IMG/VR virus record: IMGVR_UViG_3300015360_000023
Coordinates: 138,610 to 202,609 of that record
Origin: a virus
Taxonomy: Duplodnaviria; Caudoviricetes
DNA: 64,000 bases
Strand: one strand, 5' to 3'
Shown piece by piece: positions 48,995 to 57,472 of the stretch. The translations under genes were made by a program, and so were the position numbers. The notes below the pieces were generated by a model. That model worked only from the letters and a program-made list of their open reading frames with translations, did no database searches and was not told the origin of the DNA. Position 1 is the stretch's first letter. Every line of letters begins with the position of its first letter.

Positions 48995-49336
48995 ATGAAT
49001 TGCCCACTTTGCCAACGCAGCCTAAGACCAGATCCACAGTATCCGTCTTGTCTAACTTGCCCCACCAAAATTACCTATCCTCATTGCACACCTATATCTC
49101 ATTACGAATTTGATGGAGAAGTACTCTGTACAAGCCACCAATGGTATGTCGGCCCCTTCAAACTAGAAATAGATGCTACTGGCTTATCCATTTATAAAAT
49201 CGATGTCCTGAAAACTAAACCAGATTATCCTGCCAAACCCTCTGTCGAATACATCATGTACCTGGATATTCAAATCCCCATTGATGATTCCAATAAAACT
49301 ATTAACAAAATCAAGACTTTCATTCTATTCTCATGA
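48995..49336 (+). CDS. CxxC/FS-tail array protein 28
   Basis: CPLC…CP…HY; ends NKIKTFILFS. Confidence 0.82.
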   Translation: MNCPLCQRSLRPDPQYPSCLTCPTKITYPHCTPISHYEFDGEVLCTSHQWYVGPFKLEIDATGLSIYKIDVLKTKPDYPAKPSVEYIMYLDIQIPIDDSNKTINKIKTFILFS

Positions 49337-49674
49337 ACTGTCCTATCTGTCAGAAAAGAATTAAACCTTTCCGCTATTGGGATGCAGACCGTACTACCGG
49401 CCAAAAGGTGTATGATCAAGAACCAACCTTTCAATGCGAAACAAGAGTCCCATTAAACAATGGCCAAGCCTTATGTCACTATAGTTATGAGGCCGTCACC
49501 AAATATTCTTGGATAATTATCTATCCATTTAGAATTAAACAATCATTAACCCATTCAACTTTCCAGCAATACTCCCAAACCTCTTGGACCCAACTCTTGC
49601 AAATACCTAGAGTTACCCATAAGCAAGCCATCCAAATATTGTCTCGCTTTAAAAATCTAAACCCCTTCCTATAA
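49333..49674 (+). CDS. CxxC/FS-tail array protein 29
   Basis: CPIC…C…HY; ends SRFKNLNPFL. Confidence 0.8.
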   Translation: MNCPICQKRIKPFRYWDADRTTGQKVYDQEPTFQCETRVPLNNGQALCHYSYEAVTKYSWIIIYPFRIKQSLTHSTFQQYSQTSWTQLLQIPRVTHKQAIQILSRFKNLNPFL

Positions 49675-49743
49675 AAAACTTTGGCCAAGTTAACCCAAAA
49701 GCTAACTCGGCCAGAATTTTCACACATATTTTTACTCAGACTT

Positions 49744-50400
49744 TCAATGAGGTAACTGAACCTTATCTCCATATTGACAATAATTCAATTGACTCATCGG
49801 AATAACTTGAAAAGCCGCCACTCTCTTCAAAGCCTCATAATCCACACAGCGATAGTCTTCCCAGTTGTAATGAGGTTGCATCAAGTAAACTTCATCATGC
49901 CGAGCCCCCAACAAATGTCCTATCTCATGCATGATAATACCTTCCATCCAAGTATTGCTAATCCTATTCCTAATAACAAACATCCTATTACCACCAATAG
50001 CATTAACCCAAGCTAAAGTGTAGAATTGCTTCTCTCCAGAGTTTCCCCTATCCAATGGCTCCACCATCGGATTCATGGAGTCAATCTTCAAGATCACCCA
50101 GCCATCCCCGCGCATGACTCTATCCAATACACCCACTTCCATGTTGTATTCATACGTCTCAATGTCTATCCTAACATAGCCGTTCAATGCAAAATTCCAT
50201 TGCTTTATTGCATTGTCAATGGATAACCTATCCGCTACCCCAAATTCCCTATCTACCCAGACATGATACACACGTGTAGGAACAATAGCTGCATGACCAT
50301 TACTATGAACATAGTAGAACGGTAATACCACATGACCGCAACCTATCAAACCACAAACTAAAATAAAAGCCGCTATGAATAACCCTTTAAGGAGTTTCAT
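49744..50400 (-). CDS. Matrixin-like (metzincin, M10-type) zinc metalloprotease, probable lipoprotein
   Basis: HEIGHLLGARH (HExxHxxGxxH) followed by the Met-turn LM.P; signal peptide with LIGC. Confidence 0.82.
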   Translation of the reverse strand: MKLLKGLFIAAFILVCGLIGCGHVVLPFYYVHSNGHAAIVPTRVYHVWVDREFGVADRLSIDNAIKQWNFALNGYVRIDIETYEYNMEVGVLDRVMRGDGWVILKIDSMNPMVEPLDRGNSGEKQFYTLAWVNAIGGNRMFVIRNRISNTWMEGIIMHEIGHLLGARHDEVYLMQPHYNWEDYRCVDYEALKRVAAFQVIPMSQLNYCQYGDKVQLPH

Positions 50401-50402
50401 AA

Positions 50403-51119
50403 TTACTCTTTAATGTCAGATGGGGTGTGAGCGTCCCTTACAAACTTCTTAACACTATCCAAATGAACAAACAAACTCATGTTGGGAATGCGAGTTAATC
50501 GAGAACAAACTCCAAGCAAGTTGCCAGAATCATCAAAGACTCCGCCGCCTGAATTACCATACCATACCGTACCATTGAATTGAACTACTTTACCAATAAC
50601 ACTCTCTTCACGGTAGGCTGCAACTGTTCCTTCTGTATAAGACCAGTATGCTCCTCGTGGATGTCCAACCACGAAAATGTGCTCTCCAATACCAGGCATC
50701 TCCTCAGCTAAACTAGCAACCTCATGCAAGCCAGGTACTCCACGCTTATCTGCCTTAATTAAAGCAAGATCATGGTCTTCATCAAAAGCTGTTACCTTAG
50801 CAAGATGTAAAGCTGCTGGATCCTCTCCCACTTCATGAACTTCTTTCTGTACTACGTAATAGATCTTACGGTCCACTGGGTCAGCTCCCTCTTCACGTGC
50901 TACACAATGTCCTGCCGTTAGAATCTCATCCTTCCCAATCCATATGCCAGTGCAATAAACATGGACATCTCCATCTTCGCTTATAGCTACTAGTGCAACT
51001 GTAGATTCACCAATGTGTTGGTGTAATGCTGATGGACTCCTAACAGGTGTATTCTTACCTGTAGCGCAACCTAGCATCGTTAATACCGCAACCAAACTTA
51101 GAATAAATAATCGCTTCAT
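50403..51119 (-). CDS. Trypsin-like (S1) serine protease, probable lipoprotein
   Basis: LTAGHC (His), DLALIK (Asp), GNSGGG (Ser); start MKRLF at 51119 with MLGC lipobox. Confidence 0.85.
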   Translation of the reverse strand: MKRLFILSLVAVLTMLGCATGKNTPVRSPSALHQHIGESTVALVAISEDGDVHVYCTGIWIGKDEILTAGHCVAREEGADPVDRKIYYVVQKEVHEVGEDPAALHLAKVTAFDEDHDLALIKADKRGVPGLHEVASLAEEMPGIGEHIFVVGHPRGAYWSYTEGTVAAYREESVIGKVVQFNGTVWYGNSGGGVFDDSGNLLGVCSRLTRIPNMSLFVHLDSVKKFVRDAHTPSDIKE

Positions 51120-52088
51120 GCAAACCCTCTTAACGCCTGATTGAGGTAGTGAAATACTACTTCGTGCTTGCACCAGGTCAAACTACCAAAAATACTAATT
51201 TATTCACCTATTTGTCACACTACCTAACACCCCTTTATTTTTATTAATTAGTAGTGCCTCTATACGCCATGTACAGGGCTCTAAAGCCCGCATGCCCTGG
51301 TCTACCTGATAGGTGGCGCGGATTAGTTTAAATAGCCACTCCGCCCCAGGACAACCCCTTCTTAAGGCATAGTGGTAATCGCATATTGTGATCTTTTATA
51401 ATGGCATTAGATGCTTATGGTGGGATATCTTCCCATATTGTGGGATTGAGTGGCATGTATGGTCATATATAGTTGATCAAAAGGGCTGTTTTGGTAATTT
51501 ATATGTTAGTTGAAGGCTTATGGATGCTATCGTAACGAATCAATTAGTGCTATCTGATTGGTTAATAGCTATCGGAACTTAATAGTGCCCATTTGGGAGG
51601 CGGACTGCCAGCGCACACGTCGGACACCCCCACCTTTTGTATGCTGTTGTAGGTGGCATGCTTCTTGCACCTTGCAAATTTTAGACTACCTACATCGCGC
51701 ATATCATCTAACAATCTCTTTATTTTAATCATAGCACACGATAAGTAATATTTTTAATTACATAGCACACATTGTATTGTTTTATAAGATATCATCCGAC
51801 ATTGGGCCGATCGACCTGTTTCGGCCCTCTGGCATACTCTTTGCTCCTTGCAAGGCCCGAGCCAAGGCCCCGTCAAGCCTCCCTAGGCCCTATGACACCA
51901 AGATCATACCCCTAACCCCTCGATATCATTAGGTAACTACTAAGACCTACATTGATCTTTCGGACCAAACATGATCGATCTGTCATGTAGTCAACAAACT
52001 TACCCAGTCATATCGCGTAGTTAGCGCTGGCATGTCTCGTGCATCGTTCCAGGGTAGGGGAAGGACCCCAAAGGAGACGAGGTACGAC

Positions 52089-52802
52089 ATGCCGCACTTC
52101 AACCGACTTGGTGGTGACATGGACGAGGCGAACGCCGAGTGTGCGGCGATGGACCAGGAAGACGCAGACCGTAAGGAGACCGCCCACATGAAGACCCTGA
52201 TTGAAGCCGTCAAGAACCATGCCAAAGCCAACTACGAAGTCGGCGGGTGGGACATGGTGGTTGAATGTTACGAAGACGCCGAGATCGGCGAGGCCATCGC
52301 AGGATGTGCGACGGTGGAGGAGGCCATTGCCGAGGTGGGCAAGACGGCGTCCCTCTACCACGAGAGGCGACAAGAGGCCTGGAGTGAGGGCGGGTTGGAC
52401 AAGAACGGCCGAAGTGTGGAAGACAACGACATGCTGTACGCTGAGGAGGAAGCTGCCCACATTGCAGCAGAGCATCAGGGGGTGTCCTACCTCAACACTG
52501 ATGAGCTGACGGGGTACGAGGAGCACTGCCGAGATGAGGAAAGCACCTACGGTGACCCCCGACGCTGCCCGCGTCACCCACATGTCACCATTGGTTCCCC
52601 GTGTGGGATGTTTGACGGTGTGTGCGGTGAGTGTGAGTATGGTATGGAAATGGAGGACGAAGAGTTCCAGGGTACGGTGCCTGCGGTGGTTGTCAGTGTT
52701 GCACCGACTGGTGTGGAAGTTGTGGCCTGCTGTAAGGAACCGAAGGTGCTGGGCGGCAAGTGTGAGAACTGTGGGACTTGGTCCGACGACATTCCCTTCT
52801 GA
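52089..52802 (+). CDS. Acidic hypothetical protein with Cys clusters
   Basis: SD AGGAG/GAGG before ATG at 52089; CPRHP…C…C..C and CC…C..C motifs. Confidence 0.65.
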   Translation: MPHFNRLGGDMDEANAECAAMDQEDADRKETAHMKTLIEAVKNHAKANYEVGGWDMVVECYEDAEIGEAIAGCATVEEAIAEVGKTASLYHERRQEAWSEGGLDKNGRSVEDNDMLYAEEEAAHIAAEHQGVSYLNTDELTGYEEHCRDEESTYGDPRRCPRHPHVTIGSPCGMFDGVCGECEYGMEMEDEEFQGTVPAVVVSVAPTGVEVVACCKEPKVLGGKCENCGTWSDDIPF

Positions 52803-52826
52803 CCTACATCACCTCTGATGTGAGAG

Positions 52827-52856
52827 AGCCTGCCACACGGCGGGCTTTTTCTTTTT
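52827..52856 (+). terminator. Intrinsic terminator
   Basis: AGCCTGCC-ACAC-GGCGGGCT stem followed by a T tract. Confidence 0.8.
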
Positions 52857-53025
52857 CCGTTTTCCGTATGGAATACTCTTTGCAAGTTGCAAGACCCGAG
52901 CCAAGTTCCGGCGCAACCCACATGAAAGTAAAGGTGGGACAAAAGTGATGTAGCATGTTTGATCGTTCCGCGTTTTCTGCTAGGCTCTTAGTCGTCCCAC
53001 CCTTTCCCTCAGAGGCCAGACCTAC

Positions 53026-53481
53026 ATGTCCTACATCTACCTCGTGATCCTCACTGCTGGCTACTCCTGCTGCGATCAGCTCCAGCGTACGTTGCGAGCC
53101 TTCACCGACAAGGGAGAGGCCGAGTCCTACATGGGTGACATGAAGCACACCATCAGCCGAAACATGGGACTGCGGCATGCGGTCGACGTCTACATGTCCG
53201 ACGTGTGGGGCAAGGTCAACCCGGCTCCCACTTCCTGCCCCTCGTGGGATAACCAGCGCTCCGACGAGGAGAACGAAAAAGCCTACAAGGATCACCAAGA
53301 GGCGTACAACACCTACAGCGATGCCCGACATGCGGAAGAAACCCGCATGCTCTCACTGGTCGGGTGGAAGTGCGAGCTGGACCTACGTTGGGAGGAGCAG
53401 TACGACCTCCACCTCCAAGAGGTGCCGCTGGGGTTTGAGGTGGTTGCCCCTCCGACAGAGGTGGCAGAAGCCGCAGAGTAA
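53026..53481 (+). CDS. Hypothetical protein
   Basis: 151-aa ORF between a promoter motif and a terminator. Confidence 0.65.
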   Translation: MSYIYLVILTAGYSCCDQLQRTLRAFTDKGEAESYMGDMKHTISRNMGLRHAVDVYMSDVWGKVNPAPTSCPSWDNQRSDEENEKAYKDHQEAYNTYSDARHAEETRMLSLVGWKCELDLRWEEQYDLHLQEVPLGFEVVAPPTEVAEAAE

Positions 53482-53494
53482 CTCACAGTGTGAG

Positions 53495-53522
53495 AGCCCA
53501 CCTTACACGGTGGGCTTTTTTC
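53495..53522 (+). terminator. Intrinsic terminator
   Basis: AGCCCACC-TTACAC-GGTGGGCT stem followed by a T tract. Confidence 0.82.
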
Positions 53523-53656
53523 TGGGCCACGTTTCTCGCGGCATACTCTTTGCAATGTGCAACGTCTATGCCAAGTAAGAAACTGTATTGAGATGTAGGA
53601 TAAAAGTTTTTTTGTAGTTTCGTCAGAAAGGGATGGTCCGTTGCGTCTTCTAGATC

Positions 53657-54007
53657 ATGAGCGCAACGGAAACCGCTACGGTGCAAAGCGCAGTTTGCAC
53701 CACCTCTGACCACATCTCCCACTTTGTGGATGTTATCTCCGGTGAGGTACTGGATGAGGACGAGGTAGGATGTTTCATTGATTGTGATGCGGAGGGTCAC
53801 CCTCTCGCAGGTTCTGATGAGATGGGTGTATGGTGGGGAACTGAGCGAGCTGTGTGGGTTCTGTCCCAGCAGTACTACACTGTAGAGGTTTGGGGCTGGA
53901 TGGGGCCCGATCCTTACATTGGCCACTTCCTCGGTACAGAGGAGGAGGTTCGTCACTACTGTGAGACTCATGGAGTGAAGGTAGACCTTATCCAGAGCGG
54001 GCGGTAA
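53657..54007 (+). CDS. Hypothetical protein
   Basis: 116-aa ORF between a promoter motif and a terminator-like hairpin. Confidence 0.6.
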   Translation: MSATETATVQSAVCTTSDHISHFVDVISGEVLDEDEVGCFIDCDAEGHPLAGSDEMGVWWGTERAVWVLSQQYYTVEVWGWMGPDPYIGHFLGTEEEVRHYCETHGVKVDLIQSGR

Positions 54008-54020
54008 TCTGCTTACATCG

Positions 54021-54049
54021 GAGGGGAGGGCTTACCTCCCCCTTCTTTT
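54021..54049 (+). terminator. Probable intrinsic terminator
   Basis: GGGGAGG / CCTCCCC stem followed by TTCTTTT. Confidence 0.55.
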
Positions 54050-54317
54050 GTCTCCAATGAAGGCAAAAGTTTACCCGTATCGTACTTACCCAGACAGTGT
54101 GGTATAGGTGATACCTGGCATACTCTGTGCAAGTTGCATGATCTGGGCCAACTACAGCTCGCTTACCATACGACAAGGGGTAATGTAGGCTAATGTAGTT
54201 GGTATACTCTATGCAATATGCAAGCTAGCTATGCCAACACACAATGTAGGAGAACAAGCCGAAGATCCAGACCAGTCGGGGGTTGGCATACTCTTTGCTA
54301 CTTGCACTCCACGTGCC

Positions 54318-54556
54318 GCGCCAGCGGCGCCAGCGCACTAGAAGAGGAGACCGCCGAGGCAGGTTTTGCCCACATCTCCTGACGTTGGCATACTCTGTGC
54401 GATAAGCACTCCTCGTGCCATGGCGCCAGCGGCGCCAGCGTCGGACCATGCCGCGCCAGCGGCGCCAGCGGCGCCAGCGTGGGAAGGGTCGCGCGAGACG
54501 CGCCAGCGGCGCCAGCGTCGGACCATGCCGCGCCAGCGGCGCCAGCGGCGCCAGCG
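54318..54556. repeat. 12 copies of GCGCCAGCG, including a perfect 57-bp direct repeat (54423-54479 = 54500-54556)
   Basis: Read directly: blocks of 2, 2+3 and 2+3 units, with the TCGGACCATGCC spacer inside each 57-mer. Confidence 0.9.
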
Positions 54557-55498
54557 CTCGCACAATGCGAGCAAAACCTATGACACGAAGATCATACCCA
54601 CGAGGTGGTTTTGACTACCTCTTGCGACGTTTACCTACAGTGCCAGTTTCTCGGGGTTTCTCGACAATCGGCGAGCCCATGAAAGATAATTGCTTATCCT
54701 ACATCGCAGAATGTAGCGGAAGATCGATCAAGCATGACGCTAAGATCATTGTCGTACCTTTGGTCACCCTAACAATATCATATAGTTACGTTTGGCACCG
54801 ACGTTGCATTAGTGTCTTTCCGTAACGAGCGGCGGAACGGGACGGGACGCTAAGCGGCCCAAGCGCACTATGTGCGACCTTTCCCTGCTCGCTTGACCGC
54901 GCCTCGGGCGCCTACATATCCCACCTCTGGTGGGACGCAGTGGGGTTGCACCCACATGTAGTTGACATGCTCACAAGTCCTACTCTGGCGACCGTGTGAA
55001 CGGTATGCGCGCTCTCGTAACTCCCGCACCTACATGGTGCAAAAGGGAGCGAGGGAAGGCGATACCGGGATAAGCGGTAGCGAAAGGTAGGCAAGGGTCG
55101 GCTGGCTAGAACGGTCGCGGGCAAAACCTGGAACCTACAGTGTAGGTTCGGTTGCAAGCTGCGCGGTGACGCCTAGTGCGAGACGACCCTACAGTGTATC
55201 CCGAGGAGGGATAACCCGTTCAAGGGGCTGCGACCAGCGATTACACCGTCCGACAATGTAGGACATAAGGTGGCGAGGGCTTCGCGACTAGGCAATCCGA
55301 CGTAGGCAATCAACCTACAGTATCGCGACCTAGGCTTCTTAGGGGAGGTGGTAAGAATCCACCTACACTAAACAACGCTATGTGGGACCTATGTAGGTCC
55401 CGCGTAGCGGAAAGCTTACAAGGTACGACAATCTTGTTGGCTTTCCGCTACGACTGTAAACTCTCTAACCCAAGCAAAAGAAAAGGTAGGATACTATC

Positions 55499-56065
55499 AT
55501 GAAGAACACCACCACGTCGGACAAGTCGGTCAAGGTCGTCTCGGATGCGCGCTCGGAGGAGATCCTCTCCTGCTTCCGCACGCTTCACCACAAGGTGCTC
55601 CAGGCTCTCACGGAGTGCGAGATCCCCGCACTCTTCAACGCAGACTTCGCCAAGTGTGCGCCGGAGGACTACAAGCTCCTCCACCAGCAGAGCCGCGCCC
55701 TGATCGGCGCCAAGGCCAAGGCGGCGTGGGACACCTACATCTCCGACATCAAGGAGAAGATCCAGGGTGTCATCGACACCCACATGAACCTCGCACGTGA
55801 GGACAAGTCGGAGTGGGATTGCCTCTCGGATCGCGCCAAGGGTCGCAGCCCGTGGTCCAATGTGGTCAAGGTGCCGGTGTCGGACCTCATCCCCTGTTTC
55901 GCCGAGGGTAAGGCCCTGTCGGAGGTGGTGGCAGAGCTGGACAAGCTGTTCTCCGGAAAGGTGGGCAAGGGTAAGGACGACTCCTTCTACCTGAGCCTCG
56001 CGTTCACCCCGGCCGCCAAGGTGGTCGAGGTGGTCGAAAGTGAGACGGCGGCAGTCGCGGCCTGA
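55499..56065 (+). CDS. Hypothetical protein with strongly GC3-biased codons
   Basis: SD-like AGGTAGG; clean 188-aa ORF. Confidence 0.75.
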   Translation: MKNTTTSDKSVKVVSDARSEEILSCFRTLHHKVLQALTECEIPALFNADFAKCAPEDYKLLHQQSRALIGAKAKAAWDTYISDIKEKIQGVIDTHMNLAREDKSEWDCLSDRAKGRSPWSNVVKVPVSDLIPCFAEGKALSEVVAELDKLFSGKVGKGKDDSFYLSLAFTPAAKVVEVVESETAAVAA

Positions 56066-56487
56066 GCCACCTACACCCTGCTCCCAGGTGCCCCTATGTG
56101 GGTGCCTGGGGGCATGAGTAGTTTGCTCAACCACATTGGCATACTCTGTGCTACTTGCACCGACCATGCCATAGGAGTGATCTAATGTGCAACCGATGTC
56201 GAACGGGGACGTGTAAGCCCTTGTGTCATGACGTGGTTTGCTACGAGAGCAAGGCTTCCCGTATGTGGGTATCTAGTCCACATGATGGTCAACTCGTTCC
56301 CATCGTGTGCTTCCCCCATACATGGAAGCTCAAGTGGGGCTCGCCGGCCAACTGTAGCGGCAAGTAGCATCTTGGCATACTCTGTGCTCCTTGCAAGGTT
56401 CATACCAACCCAAGGCACACATGCGCCCACAATTCTAGTTGCATCAATCCTGATTGGTGCTACAATTCTATCTGTCCTAAAGGAGCA

Positions 56488-57012
56488 ATGACCATGCGAA
56501 TGATCAGCCATCGGACCCACACCTACATCCCCCACTTCCTGCTCATCTTCACCTACGGTGGGCAAGGTGGGTGCTTCACCTTCGAGTGCGATAAGCACGG
56601 CAACGTCAATGTGAGCAATCTCTCACCGTGTGCGCTCAAGAACTACAACACCTGCATGAGCGGACATGTGGTTGCCTCCCCTCGCCGGCAGCAACGGTCG
56701 TATGTGGTCGATGGTGAGACCATGTACGAGAACGCCCCTGGATGTGACCAGGAGGTTACCTACAAGGTGGACAGTGATGTGCGGGACTACGGCAAGTACG
56801 AGCACACCGCCGCTGTAGGTGAGTGTGACCGCTGCGGCCGACACGTCCACCTACATGGGTTCACCAACACCTGCGAGTGTGGGGCGGACTACAACATGTC
56901 GGGTCAACGTCTCGCTGACCGCTCGCAATGGGGCGAAGAGACGGGTGAGAGTGTATCCGACATCCTCTCCGTCGACTCCGACATGTCCTACAACGACTAC
57001 GGCTGTCCGTAG
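56488..57012 (+). CDS. Hypothetical Zn-finger protein
   Basis: SD AGGAG; C-terminal CDRCG…CECGADYN.SGQ.LA…QWGEETGE. Confidence 0.7.
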   Translation: MTMRMISHRTHTYIPHFLLIFTYGGQGGCFTFECDKHGNVNVSNLSPCALKNYNTCMSGHVVASPRRQQRSYVVDGETMYENAPGCDQEVTYKVDSDVRDYGKYEHTAAVGECDRCGRHVHLHGFTNTCECGADYNMSGQRLADRSQWGEETGESVSDILSVDSDMSYNDYGCP

Positions 57013-57059
57013 TTCACTCACATCCACCCACACCAACCTTCACTGAAAGGAAACATCCC

Positions 57060-57230
57060 ATGATCAAGTTCATTCTCCTCATTCTCCTCTGTTTCGGCGC
57101 CTATACGGCGCTGTGTGTGTTCGCCCCCTCCACGTGGGCGCCGGCCTTCCGCATCTCGGGTCATGGCATTCCCTACCTGGCACTCGGTGTGTGCCTGTGT
57201 GGGTACGTTGGCTACAAGGCCATCAAGTGA
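57060..57230 (+). CDS. Small membrane protein (56 aa), absent from the ORF track
   Basis: Manual translation MIKFILLILLCFGAY…YKAIK; AGGA upstream; two hydrophobic segments. Confidence 0.6.
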   Translation: MIKFILLILLCFGAYTALCVFAPSTWAPAFRISGHGIPYLALGVCLCGYVGYKAIK

Positions 57231-57337
57231 AGGCGGAAACGCAGGAGGTAGGATACCTGGCCACCATTCTCCTCACCATCGCAGTGGGAGGTGTCTTCCT
57301 CCCCGTCTACTACATGGTGGTTTCCTTCCTCTTCTAG
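57227..57337 (+). CDS. Small membrane peptide (36 aa)
   Basis: GTGA overlap with the previous gene; single hydrophobic stretch. Confidence 0.45.
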   Translation: MKAETQEVGYLATILLTIAVGGVFLPVYYMVVSFLF

Positions 57338-57472
57338 AGGAGTGCAGCGACAGAAAGGAATCAGGTGGGTTCGACTCCCACCCTGCCTGTCGCCTAATTC
57401 ACACATTGGCATACTCTGTGCAACTTGCAGGGTGCATGCCCACGAACGTCAACCCACACGTAGGAGGATGTC

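Noticed and set aside
34549-49674. Array as an integron-like cassette system or toxin-immunity (polymorphic toxin) locus
   Set aside because: There are no attC-like intergenic palindromes (genes overlap directly), no integrase in the window, and no toxin domains were recognised.
54318-54556. CRISPR array
   Set aside because: Units are 9 bp and mostly abutting, and the spacer is identical rather than unique; no cas genes.
54225-54825. ORFs with RWRRWRR / APAAPA / RQRRQRR repeats
   Set aside because: They are translations of the GCGCCAGCG repeat in several frames and strands, lack SD sites and overlap promoter motifs.
57347-57394. Complete tRNA gene
   Set aside because: Only a T-arm and an outer stem are present; no D-arm or anticodon arm. 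Kept as a tRNA-like finding.
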